The notes under the pieces: generated by a model
Told to the model about the DNA's origin: nothing
Databases searched by the model: none
What the model saw: only the letters and a program-made list of their open reading frames with translations
Part shown: positions 63,336-64,000 of the stretch, in pieces
Layout of the letters: each line of letters opens with the position of its first letter
How positions within the stretch are numbered: the stretch's first letter is position 1
Assembly (NCBI GenBank): GCA_051362555.1
Contig: CM120640.1
Coordinates: forward strand, 11,036,001 to 11,100,000
Length of the DNA: 64,000 nucleotides
From: Lingula anatina
Lineage: Eukaryota; Animalia; Brachiopoda
Reading direction: 5' to 3'
Translations under genes and position numbers: made by a program

Positions 63336-64000
63336 GAAATATCATGCAAACTGTTGACTGATACCTTTATAAGCATGCTGTAGTAGTTGTGAAATGCAAG
63401 GTAGCTGACACTGCCAGGGCCCCAGGTGGTGAAGGAAAACAAGTCAGTGTCAGCTCTAGACTGGAATGGGGACCCCATGGAAAATGATGAGCAGCTACCT
63501 AACTATACAAAACACTGCAGAGTCCACTTTGACATCCAAGATTTTCATGATGTTTAAACAGTGATAGAAGCAAAGCAAGAAACATATCATTGCACTAAGG
63601 GGCATTCAACATGATTCTCAATGACAAACAAAGAGCTTGTTATTTTTTAAAGTCAGTATCTTATCAAATATCTAGTTAGTATCTTCATAGCCATGTGAAT
63701 TGTTCATGGTTGACATAATATCAAAGGCAAATGACACAATTGTCTCTGGGAGCAAGACTACATATTTCAACCAATATCTCTAGATTATCAACAAATCATA
63801 AAATCACACAATCTCTCAAAAGACATGCAACTGCCACCAAAATACACTTGACCACAATTACAGCATCAAATATATCTCCTCTTACAAACAATTACATAGT
63901 CTCAATCAAAATATTCTTTCATAAAATAGAAGATAAGCCTGAGCCCGTAGAACATTGGATTCTGCTGCCTCACTGACTCTGCTGTCACTAACGTAAAACC

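Overview
AT-rich, intron-containing animal DNA, probably a lophotrochozoan such as a mollusc (inferred from gene structure and repeat types; not provable here). Nine spliced host genes alternate strand strictly (- + - + - + - + -). In order: an uncharacterised gene with an N-terminal SCI1-like domain (truncated by the window edge), TOLLIP, OSTM1, MRPS31, PEX12, the AP-1/AP-2 beta-adaptin, a JHAMT-like SAM methyltransferase, ALKBH2 and SMG6. The most striking element is a complete 4.8-kb DIRS1-type tyrosine-recombinase retrotransposon in the first coding intron of beta-adaptin. It has three intact ORFs (Gag-like; RT/RNase H/methyltransferase-like; YR), ITRs and an internal complementary region. 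Its sequence suggests an expression scheme combining a -1 frameshift (A AAA AAC) with an in-frame splice to the recombinase ORF. Other notable items are duplicated alternative terminal exons in beta-adaptin, a GC-AG intron in TOLLIP and a duplicated pseudo-exon in SMG6. Several non-autonomous transposons are present: PIF/Harbinger-, Kolobok-, hAT- and CMC-type elements with clear TIRs/TSDs, a Helentron-like element with a DR1-rich satellite, and an RTE LINE remnant. All homology calls are from recognised motifs; no database searches were run.
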